Positions 37,445 to 45,422 of a DNA stretch of 64,000 bases are shown one piece after another. Numbering within the stretch: the stretch's first letter is position 1; every line of letters starts with the position of its first letter. Position numbers and translations under genes: made by a program. The DNA is taken from IMG/VR virus record IMGVR_UViG_3300028840_008157; one strand, written 5' to 3'. The stretch comes from a virus (Duplodnaviria > Heunggongvirae > Uroviricota > Caudoviricetes). The notes below the pieces were generated by a model. The model was not told where the DNA came from. It did no database searches and worked only from the letters and a program-made list of their open reading frames with translations.

Positions 37445-39882
37445 GGCGGATCGCGCAGGATTCGCTTCCCGGTGATCCAGGGCCAGAGAGCCCGGAGCCC
37501 GGCGATCCCGACGTCCAGCCCGAGACGCCGATTCTCGACCCCATGGTCACCGCCGACCAGCTTGGTCGCATCGCCTACCTCAACTCCCTGTGGCGCGGGT
37601 ACCAGAACAAGGGGCTGGACTCCGTCGTCGTTGGGAACATCAAGAACCAGGTCGCCAGCAACCAGGGCATCAACGTCATGGCCGGCGACGAGATATCCCA
37701 GATGCTCATCGACGCCGGCGTGAACGCTCCCGGGGGAGACAACCCCAAGGACGCCATCCTCCCGGACAACATCGACACGGTCTTCGCGCAGCTCAAGTCC
37801 CAGTACGGGGAGGACAACCCCGAGATGGCGTCCAACATCGACGCGGCGCTCGAGAAGGCGCGCCAGGCGGCCTACAACCAGGACGCCTCGGGGAACTCCG
37901 TCCAGGCCGACTTCAGCACCTTGTTCGCCCAGGAGTTGCAGAAGGCTCGTGGCGGACGCCCCCTGGCATCAAGGTGGGGGCTCGTCAAGACCGCGCAGCC
38001 CGTCGACCCGCTCGTCATGGAGCCTTTCCAGTCCATCGACGACATGAAGGCCCGGTTGCTCGAGCTGGGGAGACCCCAGGAGGGCGAGGAGTCAGAGAAT
38101 GCCCTGCGACGGGTATACGAAAAGGTTTTGGCCATGGTTGGCCCCGAACATACAGATAGGGCAAAGGCGGCGGTGAAGGCCTTCTATCAATTCGGGAAGG
38201 TCGCCGATCTTTGGTCCTTGTTCCAGGAACTAGGGCTCGCCGCCCCCATCGACCAGGAGGTCATTGGCGAGATCATGGAAACAAACCCGGACCTCTTCAA
38301 GAAGGACGCGGCCAAGAAGGGCCTTTTCCTGCCCCCGCATGACGCGAGCCTTTACACGTTGCCCGAGGGCATGACGAAGACCGCCTCCGGCGGAGTCGGA
38401 GGCGCCGGCTCGGCTTACCCGGCCTACGAATTCGAGGGATCCAACCGCTATTGCCCCAAGCTCCGTAACGTCGTCAACACGTTCGTGTGCCGCTACCATT
38501 GCCTCGACGGACTCAAGATCGACGACGCCCAGGTCGTCTGCGGCGAGGCCATCTGGAGGCAGGTCGTCGCGGACAAGTTCTCCCGCGAGTACCGCAACAA
38601 GGACGGCGAATGGGTCGGGGGATACCTCAACAAGCGATTCGAGATTCATCGAGACGACGGCGGTCACCCCTACCAGCTCAAGCCCGGACGGCGGCACGCG
38701 CCCATCCACGAGGACGCCTGGTCGTACGAGAAGCGCATGCAGGAGATGCGCAAGAAGGAGGGCAAGAAACGCGGCTACGGCCCCGTGTCCGGAGAGGGCG
38801 AGAAGGAGAAGCTTTACAACTTCGACCAGTACGAGCTCATGGGCGGACCCGAGTCCAGCACGCTCGGCGCCAAGCCGCGCGACCCGCTCGCGAAGAACGC
38901 CTCGTGCGGCTCCTGCGGCCTGAAGACGGCGATACACGACCCGGATCATCCAGACATCGGGCATGATCCCCGCGAGGGGTACCGTGCCGAGGAGCTGTTC
39001 GAGGACCACGTCAGCCTTGGCAAGCCCCTGACCCAGGCCGAGGTCGACGAGATCATCCATACCGTCCGGACCGCCTCCGGGCCGCTCACGCTGGACGACT
39101 TCGAGGAGAAGAACGGGTTATTCTGGTTCAAGCAGCCCGAGTTCGACGAGGAGCCACCCCCGGCCGAGGCCGCCTCCAAGTGGTCCATCAAGGAGGCCAA
39201 GACGGAAAAGCGGGAGGGGGCGTTCAACCTTCGCCGTCTCGCCGTCGACAACGGCAACCCGCTCATGGACGGGATCGACATGGGACCGAAGGCCAAGGCG
39301 TGCGCCTCCTGCGGAAAGAAGTTCGCCCTGACCTACGCCGGAGCGTGCGACGTTTGCGGCTGCGGCCAACTCCTGACCAAGAGCGACGGCGACATCAAGT
39401 CCGAGACCCACGCCGTCGACAAGCCCGAGTTCTCGCTTGACATCAAGGCGTCCGATGATGACGTCGAGGTGCGTTACGCCAATGGCGTGTTCATGGCCTC
39501 CCAGGGCGCCAGGCGCGCTTACGGGGAGTCGGCCGCCGTGGCCGTGGAGAAGCTCGCCGCCGTCCCCGAGGACGTGTCCGTAGAGGAACTCGGCCAACAA
39601 CTGAAGAAGGATGAATCAGGCGGGGTTCCCGGCGAGGAGCCGGTCGTAACGGAGGCCGAGCCCCTGGAAACGGTCGACGCGACCCCCACGACGGAACAAA
39701 TACCGATGGGAGAGGCGCCGGAATCAGGAGAAAACCCGTTCGAGGCCATGGCCTCCGACGCGGAGCCCGCCCCGGACGCCTCCGAGCTTCAGGCGAATGC
39801 CGGGGAGCCCCTGGCGGAGGGCGACGACCCTCTCGAGCAAAAGGAAGACGAGGAGAATTACGACGAGCTGATGGGAATCTGA
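37417..39882 (+). CDS. large hypothetical protein with Cys-rich domain and Zn ribbon
   Basis: YCPK...CRYHCLDG...CGE; CASC...CDVC; several KTA/RIAQ motifs; GTG start inferred. Confidence 0.8.
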   Translation: MATRGTWKIRRIAQDSLPGDPGPESPEPGDPDVQPETPILDPMVTADQLGRIAYLNSLWRGYQNKGLDSVVVGNIKNQVASNQGINVMAGDEISQMLIDAGVNAPGGDNPKDAILPDNIDTVFAQLKSQYGEDNPEMASNIDAALEKARQAAYNQDASGNSVQADFSTLFAQELQKARGGRPLASRWGLVKTAQPVDPLVMEPFQSIDDMKARLLELGRPQEGEESENALRRVYEKVLAMVGPEHTDRAKAAVKAFYQFGKVADLWSLFQELGLAAPIDQEVIGEIMETNPDLFKKDAAKKGLFLPPHDASLYTLPEGMTKTASGGVGGAGSAYPAYEFEGSNRYCPKLRNVVNTFVCRYHCLDGLKIDDAQVVCGEAIWRQVVADKFSREYRNKDGEWVGGYLNKRFEIHRDDGGHPYQLKPGRRHAPIHEDAWSYEKRMQEMRKKEGKKRGYGPVSGEGEKEKLYNFDQYELMGGPESSTLGAKPRDPLAKNASCGSCGLKTAIHDPDHPDIGHDPREGYRAEELFEDHVSLGKPLTQAEVDEIIHTVRTASGPLTLDDFEEKNGLFWFKQPEFDEEPPPAEAASKWSIKEAKTEKREGAFNLRRLAVDNGNPLMDGIDMGPKAKACASCGKKFALTYAGACDVCGCGQLLTKSDGDIKSETHAVDKPEFSLDIKASDDDVEVRYANGVFMASQGARRAYGESAAVAVEKLAAVPEDVSVEELGQQLKKDESGGVPGEEPVVTEAEPLETVDATPTTEQIPMGEAPESGENPFEAMASDAEPAPDASELQANAGEPLAEGDDPLEQKEDEENYDELMGI

Positions 39883-39913
39883 TCGTCGTCCAGGAAGAAA
39901 GAGGAGCAGAGAA

Positions 39914-40855
39914 ATGGCTGACCGGATTCGCAAGATCAATAGCACGACCGGCGAGACCCACGCGCTGATCACGACCGACTCGCTCGCGTCGGGCGCGAGG
40001 ATCAACGGCATCGCGGTCTCGCCAAACGGGACCGTGTACGCGGCCGACTACGCCAATCACGTCGTCTACAAGATCTACGAGCAAGGCAGGATCTTGGGCG
40101 TCCTGGTCGGCGAGCTGACCACGAGCGGCGACACCGCGAGCAGCGGCATGTACGGCAGCGACGGGCTCGACGCCCGCCTCGACTCGCCATACAGGCTTTG
40201 CGTGGACGCCTCGGAGAACATCTGGGTTTCCGACCGGGCCAACCACAAGATCAAGCGGTTGAGCCCGAGCGGTCGCTGCCAAACGCTGGCCGGGACCGGC
40301 GTGGCGGGCAACGTCGTCGATGACGACGGCCTGACGTGCCAGTTCAACAACCCGACCGGGATAACCGTGGACAAGAGCGGCAACCTGTACGTCTGCGACC
40401 TGGGGAACTTCCGGATCAAGAAGGTATACCCGTCCGGCAAGACGGTCGTCCTGGCCGGAAGTACCACGGGGTTCGCTAACGGGAACGGGAACGACGTCAA
40501 GTTCGCGTCCTGCTACGGTCTCGACGTCGATCCCTCCGGGATCGTCTACGTGGCCGACTACGGGAACAACAGGATCCGGCGCCTCGACCAGGCCGGCAAC
40601 GTCGTGACCCTGGCGGGTTACAGCGCGGGGTTCGTCGATGGAAGCGGTAACGCGGCTCGGTTCAGCGGTCCGTCAGAGTTGGTCCTCGACCCGAGCGGAC
40701 GGTTCATGTTCGTCCTCGACTACTCCAACACGGCCATCCGTCGCGTCACGTCCAACGGGACGGTCACGACCTTCGCCAACTGGCCTGCGGCCACCGCGAA
40801 CGCCATGGCGATGGACAAGAGCGGGTTCTTGTACTACCTCGAGGACAATGTCTAA
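39914..40855 (+). CDS. NHL-repeat beta-propeller protein
   Basis: Repeats such as FNNPTGITVDKSGNLYVCDLGNFRIKK. Confidence 0.9.
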   Translation: MADRIRKINSTTGETHALITTDSLASGARINGIAVSPNGTVYAADYANHVVYKIYEQGRILGVLVGELTTSGDTASSGMYGSDGLDARLDSPYRLCVDASENIWVSDRANHKIKRLSPSGRCQTLAGTGVAGNVVDDDGLTCQFNNPTGITVDKSGNLYVCDLGNFRIKKVYPSGKTVVLAGSTTGFANGNGNDVKFASCYGLDVDPSGIVYVADYGNNRIRRLDQAGNVVTLAGYSAGFVDGSGNAARFSGPSELVLDPSGRFMFVLDYSNTAIRRVTSNGTVTTFANWPAATANAMAMDKSGFLYYLEDNV

Positions 40856-40866
40856 GAGGAGGACCG

Positions 40867-41076
40867 ATGCTTACTAAAATAGGGGTCGTGACCAACAGGG
40901 AGAAGAAGGCTGGACCAAACGTCCAGGACGCCCTCGAGGTCAAGGCTTCCAAGAAGTTCACCAAGAAGGTCACGTGCCCGTCCTGCGAGGCGGAGCTCGT
41001 CAAGGAATGCCCGAGCGAGGCCATGTGCGAGGTCTCGGTCCTGAAGTGCCCCCATTGCGGGGCCAGCGTAAGATAG
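40867..41076 (+). CDS. small zinc-ribbon protein
   Basis: CPSC...CPHC; GGAGG RBS. Confidence 0.7.
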   Translation: MLTKIGVVTNREKKAGPNVQDALEVKASKKFTKKVTCPSCEAELVKECPSEAMCEVSVLKCPHCGASVR

Positions 41077-41086
41077 GAGGCCCTCG

Positions 41087-41539
41087 ATGGCGGACAAGGT
41101 CAAGTGGCTCAGGCCGGTAAGCGCCGGGACGTCGACCGAGCCGGACATGCCCCAGAAGACCGTCGTCGCGAACTTCACGACCCTGAACAACGCCGCGGGG
41201 ATCGCCATCGACAACTCCCGCAACATCTTCGTGAGCGACTCCGCTCGTCACGTCATCCTCAAGTACAGGTTCGGCTCCAAGGACGCCCCCGCCGTCTACG
41301 CGGGAGCGTACGACCAGGCGGGACTGGTTGACGGACAGGCGACGGCCGCCCGGTTCGATTCCCCCGGAGCGATCGCCGTCGACCCCAGCGGGGTCCTTTG
41401 GGTCATCGACGTTGGCAACAATCGCATCCGCAGGATCGACGCGAACGCGAACGTGTGGACCGTGGCGGCCACGACCGCCGCCGCTGGCGACCCCATCGCC
41501 GTCGACACGAGCGGCAAGATATTCTTCGTGGAGACCTGA
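41087..41539 (+). CDS. short NHL-repeat protein (partial propeller)
   Basis: ARFDSPGAIAVDPSG.LWVIDVGNNRIRRI. Confidence 0.85.
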   Translation: MADKVKWLRPVSAGTSTEPDMPQKTVVANFTTLNNAAGIAIDNSRNIFVSDSARHVILKYRFGSKDAPAVYAGAYDQAGLVDGQATAARFDSPGAIAVDPSGVLWVIDVGNNRIRRIDANANVWTVAATTAAAGDPIAVDTSGKIFFVET

Positions 41540-41542
41540 TCA

Positions 41543-41803
41543 ATGTATAACCACCCATCTCTGCCCGGACGGTTCTTCAAGTCCCAGGGCGCCCTCCGAC
41601 AAGCCCTCGCCAAGAAGAAGGGTTCCGGCGGCGTTGCCGGGATGGCCAAGTCCATCAAGGGCGAGGAGCATCCCCACGCGGCCTGCATGGACAAGGTCAA
41701 GAGGCACAACATCGACGTCTCGGACCCGGAGGCTTTCTGCGCGGAGGCCGTCGACGTCGCGAAAGGAACTACCCATTGGAGGGGGAAGGACAAGGAGGAC
41801 TGA
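41543..41803 (+). CDS. hypothetical protein
   Basis: C....DPEAFCA...G.T.WRG. Confidence 0.7.
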   Translation: MYNHPSLPGRFFKSQGALRQALAKKKGSGGVAGMAKSIKGEEHPHAACMDKVKRHNIDVSDPEAFCAEAVDVAKGTTHWRGKDKED

Positions 41804-41845
41804 TGACCTCTCCGGGGCGAGCATGTCCCGAGGGGGACCGCGCGG

Positions 41846-41876
41846 ACGCCGCCCGGGAGATCTCGGGCGGCGTTTT
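41846..41876 (+). terminator. intrinsic terminator
   Basis: acgccgcccgg-gagatc-tcgggcggcgt followed by a short T run. Confidence 0.6.
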
Positions 41877-41993
41877 CCGTTCGAGTCGCGCCCCTTACGG
41901 TCGCGCGGATTGAAACGAGTAGGAAAACGCGCCGTATGATCTGAACGTGTAAGTATGGAAGTGTGAAGCCTTTTATAGGAGAGGGAATTGACC

Positions 41994-44900
41994 ATGAGGT
42001 TCATTGGAAACATCGAGTCCGCCATGGATGCGCTGAAGTCGTCCAAGACGGGCGCCCCGTCGGGAACCCCCCAACGCAACGTCGTCACGAACGCGCCGTT
42101 GCCTAACTCGGCGTTCGCCCAGAGCGCGGCGGCGTATACCCCTTCGCGGGTCAAGACGGCGCAGGTGTCCGGCAACGTCATCTACACGCAGCCTTCGTTC
42201 TTCAGCCCGCTGCACACGCCGCAGAACTGGCAAATCCCGACCAAGCGCCGCGAGGTATACCAGTGGTCGTTCGTAAACGGCGACAAATTGATGACCAATG
42301 ACGGAACTTACAAGTGCATTTCAAAAATAGTCGAAGGTGACAAGCTGGTTACCCATACGGGCGAAGTCCAGACGGTTGACAAGAGGACTTCCAGGATGGT
42401 GGATACGGACTTGTTCTCCGTATCTTACGACGGTCATTACCTTCGAACCAGGCTCACTCGAGGCCACAAGGTATACGTCCTCCGCAGGGAGGACGTCCTT
42501 TGCAAGTATAGCAACAGCGGTTGCAAGATGGCCTCTCGTTACTGCGATTCAAACAACCTGCATTACATGTGCCGAAGGACGAAGTGCAAACGACACGAGG
42601 AAAGAGAACTCGTTCCGGAACTGGTTCCCGTGGAGAACATCAAGGAGGGGGATTTCGTTTATACCCCGTCTATGATCTCCGACAAATCATCATCCAGCAT
42701 ACCTACCATTGATCATGCCAGGCTGCTCGGATACTACTGCGCCGAGGGATGCCTTTTGGGCAAGACGGGCGTATGCTTTACCTTTGGAATCCACGAGGAA
42801 ACATTCGCCAATGAAGTTGTAGCCTTGGCGACAAAATGCTTCGGAACCGAGGTCAGGAAAACAAGAATCGCAAAGCATCCCGAACGCGGAACGTGCGACG
42901 TATTCGTTAATTCGAACAGTCTGAACGCCTTTTGCCATGAGCATTGCGGGAGCATGGCGACCAAGAAGCGGCTTTCCGTCGGACTCATGACGTCAAGCCG
43001 CGAAATCCAATTGAACTTCCTCGCCTCTTATTGGAACGGGGATGGATGCCAGAGTTTTACGAAAGGAAATCATGGAAGGGTCGATTTCAGGACGTCGTCC
43101 ATGTTTCTCTCTGAACAAATCCAATCCCTCTTGTCCATGTGCGGATATCCGTCAAGGTGCAGTTTTTCGAGGACCAAGAACAACCACAAATCCATGGTCC
43201 ACAGGCAATCCAAGAAGCCGTTCTTCGATTGCTACACCGTATCTTTTGGGGCGAGCGCGGGAGGAGACTTCTTTGACCTGTGCGGTGCCGACGTTGGCTC
43301 CCAGAAGGGAAGGAAGTCAAGCGTCAGGCTCGTCTCCGGAATGTTACTGAGACGCGTCAAACGCGTTTCCTCGAAACCCTACAAGGGGAAGGTATACGAC
43401 GTTCGCGTCCCTGGGAACTACTCGGTCGTTTGCAACGGCATAGCCGTGGCCCAATGCCGCTACTACTACGAAAATGAACCCAAGGTCGCGTCGGCGATAG
43501 ACTTCTACAGCCACTTCGCCATCAACGGGTTCGAGACCCAATGCGAGCATCACGCGATCAAGCGGTTCTTCGACCAGCTCAACAAGAAGCTCAACCTGGA
43601 TTACTGGGCGAAGCTCATTTCCAAGGAGTACTACATGCTCGGGGACGTGTTTCCGTTCCTCGAGATCGAGTGCCAGAAGTGCCACGGGGGCGGCTTCACC
43701 GATAGCGGTAAGGTTTGCCGCCACCCCGGCGGATCGTTCAGGCGTCTCGTGGTCCTCAACCCGGACTGGATCGACGTCCAGACCAACGTCATGGTCGACG
43801 ACCCGATCATCACGCTGCTCCCGGACGACGAATTGAAGAAGATCGTCTGGCGCAAGCAGCCCAAGGCCATCTACGACAGGCTCCCGACGAACGTCCGGGC
43901 TCTGATCCTGGCCAACCGGCCGATCCCGCTGTCCAACGAATGCGTGTCGCACCTGCGGCACAACCCGTACCCCTACGGGACGTACGGCGTGTCGCTCCTG
44001 AGAAGGCTGTTCAAGACGCTCGCCTACAAGGACAAGCTGATGTCGGCGCAGTGGATCATCGCCGAGCGCATGATCCTGCCCGTCCGCGTCGTGAAGCTCG
44101 GCGACTCCGAGCGTCCCGCCGGGCCGGCCGACATCGCCGACGTCCAGAACCAGCTCGCGAACGTGGTGAACGACCCGAACCTGACGCTGGTGACCCACCA
44201 TGCGTTCAACTACGACTGGATCGGGACGAGCGGCAAGGTCCTCCAGCTCTCGAACGAGTACGAGCTGATCGACAAGGAAATCCTCCAGGGTCTCATGATC
44301 AACGAGGCATTGCTATCAGGAATGATGGGAAGTTATCAGTCAGCCGCCATCGGCGCCGAGGCCATGATCCAGCGGATGGAGTCGTGGAGGCTCGAGCTGG
44401 CCCGATGGATCGAGGATCGCATCTACAAGCCGGTCGCCCAGATGAAGGGCTTCGTGGACGAGGCCGCCACCAAGGAGGTAGGCGAGCCCGTTTGGATCTA
44501 CCCGAAGATCCAATGGAACGAGCTCAACATCCGCGACGACAGCCAGCAGAAGCAGTTGCTCAACTCGCTCTTCGACAAGGGTCTCCTATCGGGCCAGTCG
44601 TTGCTCGAGAAATACGGGCTCGACTACGACCACGAGATCGAGCGCCTGCGGTTCGAGTCCGCGACCCAGAAGCTCGCCGGGATGGCCGGCGCGGGCGGCG
44701 CGGGCGGCATGATCGGCGGCATGGGCGGCGGAGCTGGCGGGGGCATGGAGGGCTTGTTCGGCGGAGGCGGGGCGCCCGCTGGCGGACCGGAGATGGGCGG
44801 CGCCCCGGAGATGGGCGGCGCGGACATGGGAGGCGCCCCGGCGGCCCCGGCCGCGGCGGCCGGAGTAGGGGGCACGTCTGGCAAGATACTATCCAAGGGC

Positions 44901-45422
44901 CGCAAGCCCATGGGCCAGGTTCCGGACGAGGCCGACATCCAGCCGGTAACCGTGAGGCTGACGTCTCTCGAGTCGCTGATGTACAAGGAAATCTCCGCGA
45001 TGAAGCTGCCGTTCGCGGTCGGCGTCCAGCAGCAGATCGGCCCGTACGTGGCCGACTTCTGCATCCCGATGCTCAAGATGGACATCGAGGTCGACGGCGC
45101 GTACTGGCACAACCAGCCCGAGACCAAGGCGCACGACGAGATTCGGGACGACGAGATGTCACGGGCGGGCTGGACGATCCTAAGGTTCGGCGAGTCCGAA
45201 CTAAAGGAGCGGCTGCCAGAGGTTCGGAAGACTATATTGGCGTACGTCCACAAGAACTGGCGTCGCGCCATCGAGGAGCAGAAGCGCCAGACGAAGGCGT
45301 TCGACGAGGCGTCTCTGCGCATGACGAAGATATCGGGCGAGACGGAGGAGGTGTCGCCCGTCATCGAGCCGGAGGTCGACGGTGGCGATTCCGATCAAGG
45401 AACGGGGAATCCGGTGGGTTGA
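41994..45422 (+). CDS. portal protein with intein and C-terminal DUF559/Vsr-like nuclease domain
   Basis: Extein junction REVYQW/CRYYYENEP.V.SAID; HLRH.P.PY..YG.SLLRR; Gly/Met linker; YVADF...IEVDG.YWH...D..RD....GW.ILRF. Confidence 0.8.
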   Translation: MRFIGNIESAMDALKSSKTGAPSGTPQRNVVTNAPLPNSAFAQSAAAYTPSRVKTAQVSGNVIYTQPSFFSPLHTPQNWQIPTKRREVYQWSFVNGDKLMTNDGTYKCISKIVEGDKLVTHTGEVQTVDKRTSRMVDTDLFSVSYDGHYLRTRLTRGHKVYVLRREDVLCKYSNSGCKMASRYCDSNNLHYMCRRTKCKRHEERELVPELVPVENIKEGDFVYTPSMISDKSSSSIPTIDHARLLGYYCAEGCLLGKTGVCFTFGIHEETFANEVVALATKCFGTEVRKTRIAKHPERGTCDVFVNSNSLNAFCHEHCGSMATKKRLSVGLMTSSREIQLNFLASYWNGDGCQSFTKGNHGRVDFRTSSMFLSEQIQSLLSMCGYPSRCSFSRTKNNHKSMVHRQSKKPFFDCYTVSFGASAGGDFFDLCGADVGSQKGRKSSVRLVSGMLLRRVKRVSSKPYKGKVYDVRVPGNYSVVCNGIAVAQCRYYYENEPKVASAIDFYSHFAINGFETQCEHHAIKRFFDQLNKKLNLDYWAKLISKEYYMLGDVFPFLEIECQKCHGGGFTDSGKVCRHPGGSFRRLVVLNPDWIDVQTNVMVDDPIITLLPDDELKKIVWRKQPKAIYDRLPTNVRALILANRPIPLSNECVSHLRHNPYPYGTYGVSLLRRLFKTLAYKDKLMSAQWIIAERMILPVRVVKLGDSERPAGPADIADVQNQLANVVNDPNLTLVTHHAFNYDWIGTSGKVLQLSNEYELIDKEILQGLMINEALLSGMMGSYQSAAIGAEAMIQRMESWRLELARWIEDRIYKPVAQMKGFVDEAATKEVGEPVWIYPKIQWNELNIRDDSQQKQLLNSLFDKGLLSGQSLLEKYGLDYDHEIERLRFESATQKLAGMAGAGGAGGMIGGMGGGAGGGMEGLFGGGGAPAGGPEMGGAPEMGGADMGGAPAAPAAAAGVGGTSGKILSKGRKPMGQVPDEADIQPVTVRLTSLESLMYKEISAMKLPFAVGVQQQIGPYVADFCIPMLKMDIEVDGAYWHNQPETKAHDEIRDDEMSRAGWTILRFGESELKERLPEVRKTILAYVHKNWRRAIEEQKRQTKAFDEASLRMTKISGETEEVSPVIEPEVDGGDSDQGTGNPVG
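42267..43454 (+). mobile_element. 396-aa intein with LAGLIDADG homing endonuclease, atypical termini (Ser1, Ala-Gln C-terminus, Cys+1)
   Basis: SFVNGDKLMT.DG..K.I..I..GD.L.TH.G; block B LTRGHKV; LLGYYCAEG and FLASYWNGDG; Y.GKVYDVRVPGNYSVVCNGIAVAQ/C; lower GC than flanks. Confidence 0.9.
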
